The notes under the pieces are model-generated. The model did no database searches. It saw only the letters and a list, made by a program, of their open reading frames with translations, and had not been told where the DNA came from. The position numbers and the translations under genes are program-made. From Candidatus Latescibacterota bacterium (GTDB lineage Bacteria; Latescibacterota; UBA2968; UBA8231), in assembly GCA_965206595.1 (NCBI GenBank), contig OZ242214.1, positions 6,176,001 to 6,240,000 of the forward strand: DNA of 64,000 bases, in the 5' to 3' direction. Positions 40,901-49,926 of the stretch are shown here, piece by piece (within the stretch, counting starts at the first letter, position 1; the number at the start of each line of letters is the position of its first letter).

Positions 40901-41133
40901 ATGGCGCTGTCGGCGAGATCCTCGAACTCCGGCTCGTAGTGAAGCAGCAGGTGCTCACTTTCGACATAGTGCCAGTCGAAGTCCTTGTAACGCACCTTGT
41001 TTTTGCCAAAGCCCTGGCGCAGTTGGGAAGACACGACGTCCTGGGCGGCCACCTCGCCGGCGCCAAGGAGGAGGCTCGCCAGAAGTGCTCCGAAGGGTCC
41101 GATGTATCGAATGCCGGGTTTCAAGACTCTCAC
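37894..41133 (-). CDS. Omp85/BamA-family protein with an N-terminal HExxH peptidase domain and a PD40/TolB beta-propeller
   Basis: FGKNKVRY, LVHELMHIFQY...WIMEGLA; repeats WAPDGR, WAPDSR, PAWSPDG, PQWLPEG, PALSPDG; barrel with LRGYPF..F.GSR..LVNSEVRVP, AGVGFG and terminal FSFGKSF. Confidence 0.88.
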   Translation of the reverse strand: MRVLKPGIRYIGPFGALLASLLLGAGEVAAQDVVSSQLRQGFGKNKVRYKDFDWHYVESEHLLLHYEPEFEDLADSAILFLEEAYDHISGLMRHELSTKPPIVIFKSHYEFQQTNIIQAFLPPGVAGFAEPLRYRMVIPFDGDLDNFRNVLVHELMHIFQYDIVNRGPVKRITNPVAHPPTWIMEGLAQFAEGEAGMGTIDEMVLRDAVLTDELIPLEVMDSSWDYLPNAFLAYKQGHSLMEYIEANYGPEKISRILRVWDSRTDTDKLLERLLDVDMKTLDERWQAHMRKKYWPLLQNRDYVSEFATRVVQDDDVHSLYAAPRWSLSGDMLAVLSTDGVEEHIDIIRLRNGTVIERITTGMRTAIFDDLTFGQGSVAWAPDGRTIAFVAKKGPKDLLLLWDLYNKEVTGTIVFEDLEVIRGLDWAPDSRRLAFVGTGYGQSDIYYVDVDSRQLTQVTGTPTREDYPAWSPDGARIAFSAKRDGQFDIREYDVATGRTRGLISSPTDDMWPQWLPEGNKMLFVSTRERINDLFVQHLETGREFRITRTISGVMSPALSPDGKQIVLGTYYHGRQELYRLDMPSWPEIKGRDAELAARVSGPGGAEAASPQAAEPVTPAAADTSALAAVLRDTPLDGLADAAPSLLDQAAFGQGKAVKLAEASQPLDAVTGISEVPDSPEAVPPVAASGGIQLESGLAGNGALALDEMPRRRYTPTLEFDGVSFQMGYFNGFLSGIAQLSMSDLLGNHSLVMFTDYVGSREINNDLTFAVGYSYFGQRPTYSATIFNWNQYFNDTENRLFFFRGRQVRGLVRSRQGGLLTDATYPLDIYRRVELSYSFVDERRELIWPETETIESFSTHLFKTAYVHDSLNNGLLGPTSGRKYYLSVGRTLVLTGGDRSFSHIEADYRHYVRLGRWSVLGLRGVGVGSLGRDGLTYNLGGPSWVLPFYPGYNLNVGPLRGYPFSEFTGSRVLLVNSEVRVPFIRNITFGWPGTFAIPAVDGSFFFDLGGTWKDGDTLEPWPLMQPDAPREEEGEPRKLRAGVGFGLLVYFLAPMNFEFARQTDLKDFSDWRMHFSFGKSF

Positions 41134-42026
41134 CTGCTTTCCGGTTCAGTGCCGGGATTTTGTCCGTCAGGATCGCCGCTCTCGCCGGCGTCGCCGCCGG
41201 ACCCGACAGGGGCATCCAGTCCGAGACCCTCAAGCCCCGTCGCCAGTGAATCGACCTGTTCCCCGTCCTTCAGGACCTCTCTCGACTTGCGTCCCTGCAG
41301 CCGCCGCAGGTTGGCCCTGTACGCCTCTCGCCTGGGATTGAGCGCGCGCGCCCGCTGATAGGCGAGCTCGGCTTCCTCCCGCTCTCCGAGGCGCTCGTAC
41401 ACGACGCCGAGATTGTTGGACAGACTGGCCGATACGCTGTCCGCGGCGAGCGCTTTCTCGAGGTGGAACCGCGCTTCCTTCCACATACCGTTTTCGATGC
41501 ACCAGAGCGCGTATTCGTTTACTCGCTCGACGTTTTCCTTCTGCCTGCGGCTGCGCGCGGCGTGAAGCGATTTCAGCCTGCGATCCAACTCGGGGTCCCG
41601 TCCACCGGAGATCTCACTTCCGCCCGTGGCCCCGGCCCCGGGAACGCGGCTTCCCGATGCCTCCGGCGTTGAGGCGGGTGCGTCCATCCCTGCTGCGAAG
41701 GCCGGATCCGGAACCGCCGGCTTCACCGGCAGAGAGTCCCCGGCACTGACAACCTCGCTCGTAGCATCGGCGCCGCCCTCGGGCGAGCCCGCCACGTCTC
41801 CACGGGCGGTATCTTCTTGGACAATCTCACCATTCGGCCGGTTCCCCGGGCCCTCCCACCAGGGCTTCTCGGCCTCGGGGCGGCGTTTGACCACCTCGAA
41901 ACAGCCGCTCCAAACCAGGCATGACATGACAACCAGTGCGGCGCACAGGGACCGGGCGAGGCGGGTGCCCGGCCGGCAAGCGTCGATTCCGGATTCTGTA
42001 GCGACCTTCGAAAAATTCGTTGCCAT
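41130..42026 (-). CDS. TPR-containing putative lipoprotein
   Basis: LVWSGC lipobox-like; TPR segment WKEARFHLEKAL..NNLGVVYERLGEREEAELAYQRA. Confidence 0.7.
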   Translation of the reverse strand: MATNFSKVATESGIDACRPGTRLARSLCAALVVMSCLVWSGCFEVVKRRPEAEKPWWEGPGNRPNGEIVQEDTARGDVAGSPEGGADATSEVVSAGDSLPVKPAVPDPAFAAGMDAPASTPEASGSRVPGAGATGGSEISGGRDPELDRRLKSLHAARSRRQKENVERVNEYALWCIENGMWKEARFHLEKALAADSVSASLSNNLGVVYERLGEREEAELAYQRARALNPRREAYRANLRRLQGRKSREVLKDGEQVDSLATGLEGLGLDAPVGSGGDAGESGDPDGQNPGTEPESR

Positions 42027-42468
42027 GGGCTGTCTGCAATGCCGGAGACGGCTGAATTCCGCCTTCGGAATGGGGACGGGGATGCTGCCGTTCAGCTACC
42101 CCCCGATGCGGCAACCGCCCGAAGTGTGGGCCGGACCGGTGCCGGTAAGTCCTGGGCGCCCCACTCGTCGATGTGCTGCAATTGGGGCATGCCTTCCCGG
42201 GGCCGCTCCAAAGGGGAGGCCAAGTCGCTTCGAGAATATAAGCAGTGACCTGCCGGACCTCATAAGTGCCGTATGAAAGCCGCTCCTGTGGGCGGGGCGA
42301 GCACAAGCCGAGACTGGAAAGGGCGGCAGAGGGCACGGATACAGAGGTGAAGACGCCGATTCATTCGCAGGATCGGACGCCCGGAGGAACAACAGGTTTC
42401 TGGGGGTCTGATAATTTCCTGCCACGGAGGTCTCCCTGAGATATCTCAGGGAAGGATCGGGGCTCCGT

Positions 42469-43842
42469 TCAGTCCGCGTCCGGGGTGGTTTGCTGCCGGA
42501 AAGAAGGAAGCCGTCCGTGCAGGATGGGAACCGCGACGAGCAGGAGGAAAAAAGGGGCGAACTCCACCCACCGCACCCAGACCTGCTCTTCCCAGACGCC
42601 CAGGTGGAGGTAGCGCCCCAGTACCTCGTAGGAAAGGACTACGAGGCCAGAGAGGCAGAGCCAGGCGGGGCTGGGGAAAAACGGCAGGAAGGGGAGAATC
42701 CAGAGCAGGTACCATGGGTGCAAAGTCGGGGAAAACAGAATGAAAACGGCCAGAACCGCGAAAAGCACGCGCAGTGGATTGGCGATGAGCACGGGAGCCG
42801 CAAGGCAAGCGAGCGCCACCGCGCCTGCGCAGATCAGGCGAGCGGCTGCATGGGCTGCATCGGTCTCGACTCCGGCAAGCTGCAAACCTTCGGATACGAG
42901 AGAGAAAACCGAGTCGTTGAAGCGCCATCTCGCTGAGTACGCCGACAGGCCGTCGAAAAGACCGGTGCCTGCACCGGCGTAGGGAGCGTACCCGGCAAGG
43001 ACTCCGAGAGGCAGAAGCAGAAACGGCAGGCGGCCTCCGGGACGAAACCAGGCGCGCAGGTCCCTCCCTTCATGCTTTCCGAACTCGCGCCAGAAGAGCG
43101 GTGCCGCCAGCAGCGGGAACAGCTTGCCGAGCACGGCCGCAGCCAGTGCCAGGGCCGCCGCGGCCCGGCGGCCGTCCAGCATCAGGGCCGCCGCTGCCAT
43201 CAGCAGTGCGGTGCCGAGGGCGTCGATATGGCCGCTGCCGGCGATCTCGAGCACGGCGAGCGGGTTCCAGAGGTAGAGGAAGACCCATCTGGGGTCGCGC
43301 CCGGTGCGCCGCAGCAGGAGAATCAGGGTCGCGGCCAGCAGCGCCTCGCAGCAGAGAAGGGCGATCTTCATCGCCGGCACGGTATGGCTGGCCGCGGAAA
43401 CACCGAGAAAGAACAGCTGTGCCAGGGGCGGGTAGATCGTCGACACGCTCTTGTGGTTGATGTGGGGGTAGTGGGCGTCCCGCAGTTCCTCCACGGCGGC
43501 ATCAGCGGGGGCGTGCAGATAGGGGTTGATCCCGGCGAGCTGGACGCGGCCGTCCCACAGGTAGCGGTAGATGTCGTCCGACAGGTTGGGAACCGCCGGC
43601 AGCAGGGTGAGGCGGAAAACCGCGGCGCCGATCAGAATGAAGGCCAGTGAGCCGCGCCGCCGGGCAACCGAAGCGGCCCCCAGGAGATACCCGGCGAAGG
43701 CGATGGCGAACAGCATCCAGAACCGGGGTACGACGGGGCGCAGATCTCCTTGTGCGGCGAGTACCAGCCACGATCCCTCCACCAGGGCGGCGCAGCCCCA
43801 GAGCGGAGCCTCCCGTCTCGATCGCTGCAGCAGGGCGCGCAC
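42469..43842 (-). CDS. GT-C membrane glycosyltransferase (GT87/DUF2029-like)
   Basis: LSDDIYRYLWDG..Q..GINPY, TIYPPLAQ, WNPLAVLEIAGSGHID, FSPTLHPWY; many TM helices. Confidence 0.85.
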   Translation of the reverse strand: MRALLQRSRREAPLWGCAALVEGSWLVLAAQGDLRPVVPRFWMLFAIAFAGYLLGAASVARRRGSLAFILIGAAVFRLTLLPAVPNLSDDIYRYLWDGRVQLAGINPYLHAPADAAVEELRDAHYPHINHKSVSTIYPPLAQLFFLGVSAASHTVPAMKIALLCCEALLAATLILLLRRTGRDPRWVFLYLWNPLAVLEIAGSGHIDALGTALLMAAAALMLDGRRAAAALALAAAVLGKLFPLLAAPLFWREFGKHEGRDLRAWFRPGGRLPFLLLPLGVLAGYAPYAGAGTGLFDGLSAYSARWRFNDSVFSLVSEGLQLAGVETDAAHAAARLICAGAVALACLAAPVLIANPLRVLFAVLAVFILFSPTLHPWYLLWILPFLPFFPSPAWLCLSGLVVLSYEVLGRYLHLGVWEEQVWVRWVEFAPFFLLLVAVPILHGRLPSFRQQTTPDAD

Positions 43843-43856
43843 AGGTGGGTGGGAAG

Positions 43857-44381
43857 TCAGTGGGTCAGCCGGCGGCCGCCGGCGTAGCGGCTGCCGAAAT
43901 AAGGCTGGTTGAGACTGTCGATCACCCCGCCCCGGCTCAGGCTTGCGTGGATGAAACGGTCGCCCCCGACGTAGACGCCGACATGCGAAATGCCCGGTCC
44001 GGAGGCGGCGATGCGAAAAAAGAGGAGGTCTCCAGGCCGCAGGTCGTCACGGCTGCTGATCGGGGCGCCGACGACGAACATCTGCTTCGAGGTTCTGGGG
44101 AGTTCGATGCCGTAGGCCTCGCGCACGATGGCCCGGGCCATGGCCGAGCAATCCATCCCTCCGCGGGTCGTACCTCCCCATTTGTAGGGTATTCCGAGGT
44201 ACCCGTCCGCAACCTCGAGCAACCGCCGGGGACTGCTGTTGCGCAGGGCCTGCTGGCGGGCACGCAGCTCCTTCACGACCGCACGGCCACCAGTTGGCTC
44301 GCTCGTGTAGCGCGGTGCCGGTGCGCAGGTGGCCAGCAGGGAGAGCAGCGCGAGGACCGGCAACAGACGGCGTGCAATCAC
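43857..44381 (-). CDS. NlpC/P60 (C40) peptidoglycan endopeptidase lipoprotein
   Basis: LLATC lipobox, GIPYKWGG...DCSA, LPRTS, PGDLLFF, SHVGVYVG..FIHAS. Confidence 0.93.
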   Translation of the reverse strand: MIARRLLPVLALLSLLATCAPAPRYTSEPTGGRAVVKELRARQQALRNSSPRRLLEVADGYLGIPYKWGGTTRGGMDCSAMARAIVREAYGIELPRTSKQMFVVGAPISSRDDLRPGDLLFFRIAASGPGISHVGVYVGGDRFIHASLSRGGVIDSLNQPYFGSRYAGGRRLTH

Positions 44382-45343
44382 GCCTGCCTCCGCAACAGCT
44401 CCAGGACCCTTTCCATATCTTCCGGCAGCGGCGAGGAAAAGCCCGCGGTTTTTGCGGTGGAAGGGTGTTCGAAAACGAGCCTGCTCGCATGCAGGGCCTG
44501 GCGCCCGATCAGCTCGAGCGCCTGCCGCGCGAGGGAGCGGTGCTCCGCGGCGATTCCGCGCAGTCGGGTGCGTCCCCCGTAGACGGGATCGCCAAAAACG
44601 GGATGACCCGCGTGCTGCATGTGGACGCGAATCTGGTGGGTTCTGCCGGTTTCCAGCTCGACGCGAATCAGGCTCAGGAACGCGAACCGTTCACAGGTCC
44701 GGTAATGGGTGACGGCGCGGCGTCCCTCTTCGCGGACCGCCATCTTCACCCGGTCCCGGGGGTTGCGGGCGATAGCGGCTTCGATCCGCCCCGCGCCCGG
44801 ATCTCCCCAGACGATGGCGGTGTAGACCCGGCTGAGGGTCCGCGCCTCGAGCTGGGCGGCGAGGTGGCGGTGGGCGTGGTCGTTCTTGGCGACGACCATC
44901 AGGCCGGTGGTGTCGCGGTCGAGACGATGGACGATGCCGGGCCGCAAAGCCCCGTTGATGCCGGAAAGATCCCGGCAGCGGTGGAGGAGGGCGTTCACCA
45001 GGGTTCCCGTACGGAATCCTGGAGCCGGGTGAACGGTCATCCCGGTGGACTTGTCGACAACCAGAAGATCCTCGTCTTCGTACGGGACCGAGAGGGGGAT
45101 CTCCTCGGGTTCGAGGTCGAGCCTTGCAGGGGCGGGGATCGTCATGTCGACGAGGTCACCGGCCTTGACCCGGTAGCTGGCGCGCCGCGGTTCCCCCCCG
45201 ACGCGAACGGCTCCTCCGTCGATCAGCGTCTGAATACGGCTCCGGGATAGCGGGCCGCAGCGTTCGGCGAGGAAGCGGTCAAGACGCTCTCCTTCCTCCT
45301 CGTCGGTAATGACAACTCGAACCGGGGCGCCGGGATGGGACAT
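44378..45343 (-). CDS. rluD: RluA/RluD-family pseudouridine synthase
   Basis: S4 domain RLDRFL..SRSRIQ; GIVHRLDRDTTG, LETGRTHQIRVH, GDPVYG, QALHA. Alternative start 45454. Confidence 0.92.
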   Translation of the reverse strand: MSHPGAPVRVVITDEEEGERLDRFLAERCGPLSRSRIQTLIDGGAVRVGGEPRRASYRVKAGDLVDMTIPAPARLDLEPEEIPLSVPYEDEDLLVVDKSTGMTVHPAPGFRTGTLVNALLHRCRDLSGINGALRPGIVHRLDRDTTGLMVVAKNDHAHRHLAAQLEARTLSRVYTAIVWGDPGAGRIEAAIARNPRDRVKMAVREEGRRAVTHYRTCERFAFLSLIRVELETGRTHQIRVHMQHAGHPVFGDPVYGGRTRLRGIAAEHRSLARQALELIGRQALHASRLVFEHPSTAKTAGFSSPLPEDMERVLELLRRQA

Positions 45344-45404
45344 GCGCAACGGAGTTTGCAGCGTCCCGACGGGAGACCGTGCGGGGGGGTGGAGGGGGGT
45401 GGCG

Positions 45405-45977
45405 TCAGCTCCCGGCGACGCGCCCGGACTCCGCGACGGCCGGCTCGCCCTCACCCGGCCGCGGCTCGGGATCCTTTCGACGGCTGTAGCCGATGGCGAG
45501 GATGACGATGCCGACGGTCACGAACGAGTCGGCGACGTTGAAGACCGGCCAGCGCCAGTCCGGCCCGATGCCGAAGTCGAAGAAGTCTATCACCTCCCCC
45601 AGGCGAATGCGGTCGATAATGTTGCCGAGCGCCCCGCCGAGAACCATGGTCACTGCCGCCCGCAACAGCCTTGAATCGGAAGGCAGGGTGCGGAACAGGT
45701 AGGCGAGAACGACGAGAGCAACTACCGACACGAAAGTGTGGATCTCGGGGCCGCCCAAGCTGAGGCCGAAGGCGGCACCGCGGTTGTGGATGTAGGTCAA
45801 GCGAAAGAAACCGCCGAGAACCTTTATCGAGTCGTTCCGAGCCATCGAGGTCGCGACCAGGAGCTTGGTCGCCTGGTCGAACGCCAGAATCAGGGGAACG
45901 AGAAGGAGGGGGAGGGAAACCCGCTGCCACGGGGATCTTTCGCCGCCGCCCGGGTTACCAGCCGCTGACCTTGTCAT
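45405..45977 (-). CDS. lspA: Lipoprotein signal peptidase II
   Basis: DQATK, NRGAAFG, GGALGNIIDR, VIDF, WPVFNVAD. Start position approximate. Confidence 0.93.
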   Translation of the reverse strand: MTRSAAGNPGGGERSPWQRVSLPLLLVPLILAFDQATKLLVATSMARNDSIKVLGGFFRLTYIHNRGAAFGLSLGGPEIHTFVSVVALVVLAYLFRTLPSDSRLLRAAVTMVLGGALGNIIDRIRLGEVIDFFDFGIGPDWRWPVFNVADSFVTVGIVILAIGYSRRKDPEPRPGEGEPAVAESGRVAGS

Positions 45978-46335
45978 CCTTCGACTTGCAGGCGATGCAC
46001 TGGGTCGCCGTCGGCACCGCTTCCAGTCTGGGGAGGCCGATCTCGCCCCCACAGACGCGGCAGATGCCGAAGGTGCCGGCCTCGATCCGCTGCAGGGCCT
46101 CGTCGAGGTAATCGATGTAGTTCCCCTCGCGCTGGGCGAGCAGCAGGTTCTTCTCCCGCTCCATGGCGTCGGTGCCGCGGTCGGCCATGTGCAGGGAGTA
46201 GGCGGAGCGGTCTTCCGACGACTCCTGGGCGTCGTCGCTGCGGGAGACTCTTTCCAGCTCTTCGAGGTCGGCATTCGCCTGAACCCGTTTTTCGGTCAGC
46301 AGGTTCTTTAAATACCCCAGATCTTCGGCATTCAT
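45955..46335 (-). CDS. DksA/TraR C4 zinc-finger protein
   Basis: HMADRGTD..ERE, ALQRIEAGTFGICRVCG..I...RLEAVP.ATQCIAC. Confidence 0.9.
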   Translation of the reverse strand: MNAEDLGYLKNLLTEKRVQANADLEELERVSRSDDAQESSEDRSAYSLHMADRGTDAMEREKNLLLAQREGNYIDYLDEALQRIEAGTFGICRVCGGEIGLPRLEAVPTATQCIACKSKDDKVSGW

Positions 46336-46379
46336 CGGTCTTCAGCTCTCTGTGGTGGTCATCTGAAAGTCGCGAAGGC

Positions 46380-49300
46380 TCAGGCGCGGTCGATCGCGAA
46401 AATAACGGTCTCGCCGTCGATGTCGCTCTCCTGGCGCAGCAGGGCATCTCCGGGAAGTTCGTCAAGCCGAATTTCGATTGCCAACGTCTCCGCAGCAATG
46501 TAGCAGCGGTGGTGCCGGGAGGCGTTCACAATTGGTTCGGAACCCGCGATCCACAGGCGGATTCGATCCGCAACATTGAGCCCCGCAGTCTTGCGCATGT
46601 TCTGCACCCGGTTCACCACTTCGCGCGCGGTCCCTTCACGGATCAGCTCTTCGTCGAGAGCGACGTCGAGGCCGACGCACAGGTTGCCGTCGACGGCAAC
46701 CACCACCCCTTCTTTCTCGCAGCGCGTCAGCTGCACGTCATCAGCGCCGATGGTACCTCCGGCGACGGCGAAGCGTTCGCCCGCGGCCAGGCGCGTCACC
46801 TCGGCGCGAGTCAGCTTCTCGATGAAAGCCGCCACCTCCTTCACGCGTTTGCCGAAACGGGGTCCGAGAGCGCGGTAGTTGGCCTTGCAGGAGACCTCGC
46901 TGATCTCCGCCTCGTCCTCGACGAAAACGACCTCCTTGACGTTGAGCTCGTCGGCGACGAGGTCGGCAAGGGCCGTGAGCTTCTCCCCGCCGGTCTCGTC
47001 GGGGGGGAGAAGCAGAACGCGGCCGAGGGGCTGGCGGATCCTGATCTCGTGCCTGCTGCGCAAGGAGCGTCCCAGGTTCACCGCCCGCGCGGCCAGCGCC
47101 ATCTGCTCCTCGAGTCCGGGATCCCGCATCTCCTCGTCGGCCGCGGGCATGTCGCACAGGTGCACGCTCACCGGTGCGTCGCCGTCCCACGAGCGCACCA
47201 GGTTCTGGTAGATCTTCTCGGTCGCGAAGGGCAGCACCGGCGCCAGGCTTTTGACGAAGGTCACCAGTACGCGGTAAAGAGTCGCGTATGCCGACGCCTT
47301 GTCGTCGTCGTCCTCCGATTTCCAGAAACGGCGCCGGCTGCGGCGGATGTACCAGTTGGTGAGTTTCTCGACGAAGGCGACCATGGCCGGCACCGTCCGG
47401 TACAGCCGGTAGGCTTCCATCTCGGCGTTGATGTCGTGGACAAGGGTCTGCAGCTCCGAGAGGATCCAGCGGTCGAGCAGGTTCCCCGCCCCGGGGTCGC
47501 GCGGTTCGGCCGGCGACCAGCGGTCGACCCCGGCGTAGGTGACGAAGAAGCTGTAGGCGTTCCACAATGGGATGATGACGTCGCGCAGACTTTGCCTGAT
47601 GCCGGTCTCGGTGAGGCGCATTTCCTCGGCCTTCAGGGCCGGAGAGTTCAACAGGTAGAGGCGCAGCGCGTCGGCCCCGTAGAGGTCGAGCATCTCCGTC
47701 GGCTCGGGGTAGTTCTTCAGCCGTTTGCTCATCTTGCGGCCATCTTCGGCGAGCAGCATGCCGGTGACGATGCAATTGCGGTAGGCCGGTTTATCGAACA
47801 GGGCCGCGGCGAGGATGGTCAGGGTGTAGAACCACCCCCGCGTCTGATCGAGAGACTCAGTAATGAAGTCGGCGGGGAAGTTCTGCTCGAAGTACTCCCG
47901 GTTCTCGAACGGATAGTGATTCTGCGCATACGGCATCGACCCGGATTCGAACCAGCAGTCCAGCACCGCGGGGACCCTCTTCAGCACCCCGTTGCCCGAC
48001 GGCGCGGGGATCTCGATGTCGTCGACGAACTGCTTGTGCAGGTCGGCGACCGTCCGTCCGCTGAGCCGTTCGAGCTCCTCGACGCTGCCGACGCAGACGG
48101 CTTCACCTGTTTCGTCGTTGCGCCAGACCGGCAGCGGCGTTCCCCAGTAGCGGTCGCGGCTGATGCACCAGTCGCGGGCTCCCTGCAGCCACTTTCCGAA
48201 GCGCCCGCCGCGGATGTGCTCCGGGATCCACCAGATCTGCTCGTTGGCGCCCAGCATCGAGTCCTTGATGTTCTCGACCCGGACGAACCAGCTCGAAATG
48301 GCGCGGTAGATCAGGGGGGATTCGCAGCGCCAGCAGAACGGGTACGAATGCACCAGGGAGCTTTCGCTAAACAGCTGGCCCCGGCGCCGCAGGAGGCGGA
48401 TGATGTCGGTGTCGGCGTCCTTGACGAAGCGGCCGGCGAAGTCGGGGACGGCGACGGTAAAGCGGCAGTCCTCGTCGATCGGGCAGACAGCGGGCAGTCC
48501 CTCCCGAAGGCCGAGCTGATAGTCGTCCTCGCCGAAACCAGGTGCGATGTGGACGATGCCGGTGCCGTCGTCGGTCGACACGAAGTCCGCGGGGACGACG
48601 CGGAACGCGCCCTCGTTCGCGAGCCCTGCGAAACAGTCGAACAGCGGCTCGTAGCGGAGGCCGAGAAGAGTTTCCACAGGCTGCTCCTCGACCGCGGCGA
48701 TCTCGTCCTCGTGCTGGCGGAAGACCGGATCGATGCGCTCGCGGGCAAGGATCAGGCGTTCGCCGTCGCGCAGTTGCACGCGGACGTACTCGCAGTCCCT
48801 GGCGATCGCCAGGGCCATGTTGGCGGGAAGCGTCCACGGCGTCGTGGTCCAGGCGAGGATCGAGGTGTTTTCCGCCTCCTTCACCCGGAAGCGGATCGTG
48901 ATCGAAGGGTCCTGGGTATCGCGATACCCCTGGTTGACCTCGAAGTTCGACAAGGCAGTGGCGCAGCGCGGGCAGTAGGCGAGCGACTTGTAGCCCTCGT
49001 AGACGAGGCCGCGGTCCCAGAGGCGCTTGAACACCCACCAGACCGACTCCATGAACTCAGGGTCCATGGTGAGGTACTGGTTGTCCCAGTCGACCCAGCG
49101 CCCGACGCGGCGGACCAGCTGCTCCCACTCGGCCGTGTAGCGCAGCACGAGCGAGCGGCAGTAGTCGTTGAAGGGCGGAACGCCGTATTCGAGAATGTCC
49201 TTACGCGATCGAAGGCCGAGCTGTTGTTCCGCCTCGTTCTCCACCGGCAGGCCGTGGCAGTCCCACCCGAAGCGGCGCTCGACCCGGTAGCCGCGCATGG

Positions 49301-49553
49301 TCCAGTAGCGGGCAACCACGTCCTTGACGATAGAAACCAGCAGGTGTCCGTAGTGGGGCAGGCCGCTCGCGAACGGCGGGCCGTCGTAGAAGATGAAAGG
49401 GTTGGACCCCGGTCTCGACTGCACGGACCGCTCGTAGGCGGCGGTCTGATCCCACAGCTCCAGGGTTTCCCGCTCCTGGGCCGGGAAGTCGACCAGGGAG
49501 GGGACCGGATCGAAGATGGGGGTCGGACTCTGTTTTCGGAGGGATTCCACCAT
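46380..49553 (-). CDS. ileS: Isoleucine-tRNA ligase (type 2)
   Basis: FYDGPPFASGLPHYGH, GWDCHGLP, WTTTPWTLP, DWCISRDRYWGTPLP, DQTRGWFY, KMSKR, NWYIRRSRRRFW. Confidence 0.97.
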   Translation of the reverse strand: MVESLRKQSPTPIFDPVPSLVDFPAQERETLELWDQTAAYERSVQSRPGSNPFIFYDGPPFASGLPHYGHLLVSIVKDVVARYWTMRGYRVERRFGWDCHGLPVENEAEQQLGLRSRKDILEYGVPPFNDYCRSLVLRYTAEWEQLVRRVGRWVDWDNQYLTMDPEFMESVWWVFKRLWDRGLVYEGYKSLAYCPRCATALSNFEVNQGYRDTQDPSITIRFRVKEAENTSILAWTTTPWTLPANMALAIARDCEYVRVQLRDGERLILARERIDPVFRQHEDEIAAVEEQPVETLLGLRYEPLFDCFAGLANEGAFRVVPADFVSTDDGTGIVHIAPGFGEDDYQLGLREGLPAVCPIDEDCRFTVAVPDFAGRFVKDADTDIIRLLRRRGQLFSESSLVHSYPFCWRCESPLIYRAISSWFVRVENIKDSMLGANEQIWWIPEHIRGGRFGKWLQGARDWCISRDRYWGTPLPVWRNDETGEAVCVGSVEELERLSGRTVADLHKQFVDDIEIPAPSGNGVLKRVPAVLDCWFESGSMPYAQNHYPFENREYFEQNFPADFITESLDQTRGWFYTLTILAAALFDKPAYRNCIVTGMLLAEDGRKMSKRLKNYPEPTEMLDLYGADALRLYLLNSPALKAEEMRLTETGIRQSLRDVIIPLWNAYSFFVTYAGVDRWSPAEPRDPGAGNLLDRWILSELQTLVHDINAEMEAYRLYRTVPAMVAFVEKLTNWYIRRSRRRFWKSEDDDDKASAYATLYRVLVTFVKSLAPVLPFATEKIYQNLVRSWDGDAPVSVHLCDMPAADEEMRDPGLEEQMALAARAVNLGRSLRSRHEIRIRQPLGRVLLLPPDETGGEKLTALADLVADELNVKEVVFVEDEAEISEVSCKANYRALGPRFGKRVKEVAAFIEKLTRAEVTRLAAGERFAVAGGTIGADDVQLTRCEKEGVVVAVDGNLCVGLDVALDEELIREGTAREVVNRVQNMRKTAGLNVADRIRLWIAGSEPIVNASRHHRCYIAAETLAIEIRLDELPGDALLRQESDIDGETVIFAIDRA

Positions 49554-49632
49554 GTCTCTGGTGCCGGTTATTGGCCGGCCGTTGGTTTTCTGTCTGCGTG
49601 TCGGGAGCTGAAGTGGTTCGCGGATTCGTTCC

Positions 49633-49917
49633 TTACAGATGGATGCTGCGCAGAAACCAGATGACGATCTGCAGCAGCAGGATCAGGAACAGAGGGGTGA
49701 AATCCAGTCCGGTCGACCACAGGACCTTCGGCACGTAAGGGCGCAACCTGGCGAGCGCAGGCTCGGTCACGGCGCGCAGAAACTGAACGATCGGGTTGTT
49801 GGGGTCGGGATTGATCCACGAGATCATCACCGCGACGATCACCACCCACATGTACACGTTCAATAGTGAGGTAATGATCCCGATGACTCCCATCAGAAAG
49901 TAACTGTGATCGAACAA
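49633..49917 (-). CDS. YggT-family membrane protein
   Basis: ISWINPDPNNPIVQFL..VTEP, GLDFTP. Confidence 0.9.
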   Translation of the reverse strand: MFDHSYFLMGVIGIITSLLNVYMWVVIVAVMISWINPDPNNPIVQFLRAVTEPALARLRPYVPKVLWSTGLDFTPLFLILLLQIVIWFLRSIHL

Positions 49918-49926
49918 TGGAAACTC

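Noticed and set aside
42027-42468. 440-bp intergenic region with small hairpins and short ORFs
   Set aside because: No identifiable RNA family or coding signal; probably the promoter and leader of the TPR-Omp85 operon
45978-46274. Apparent long N-terminal extension or fusion on lspA
   Set aside because: This is an alternative frame over the dksA-like gene
46509-49664. 1051-aa plus-strand ORF
   Set aside because: Antisense shadow of ileS caused by high-GC codon bias; no recognisable motifs
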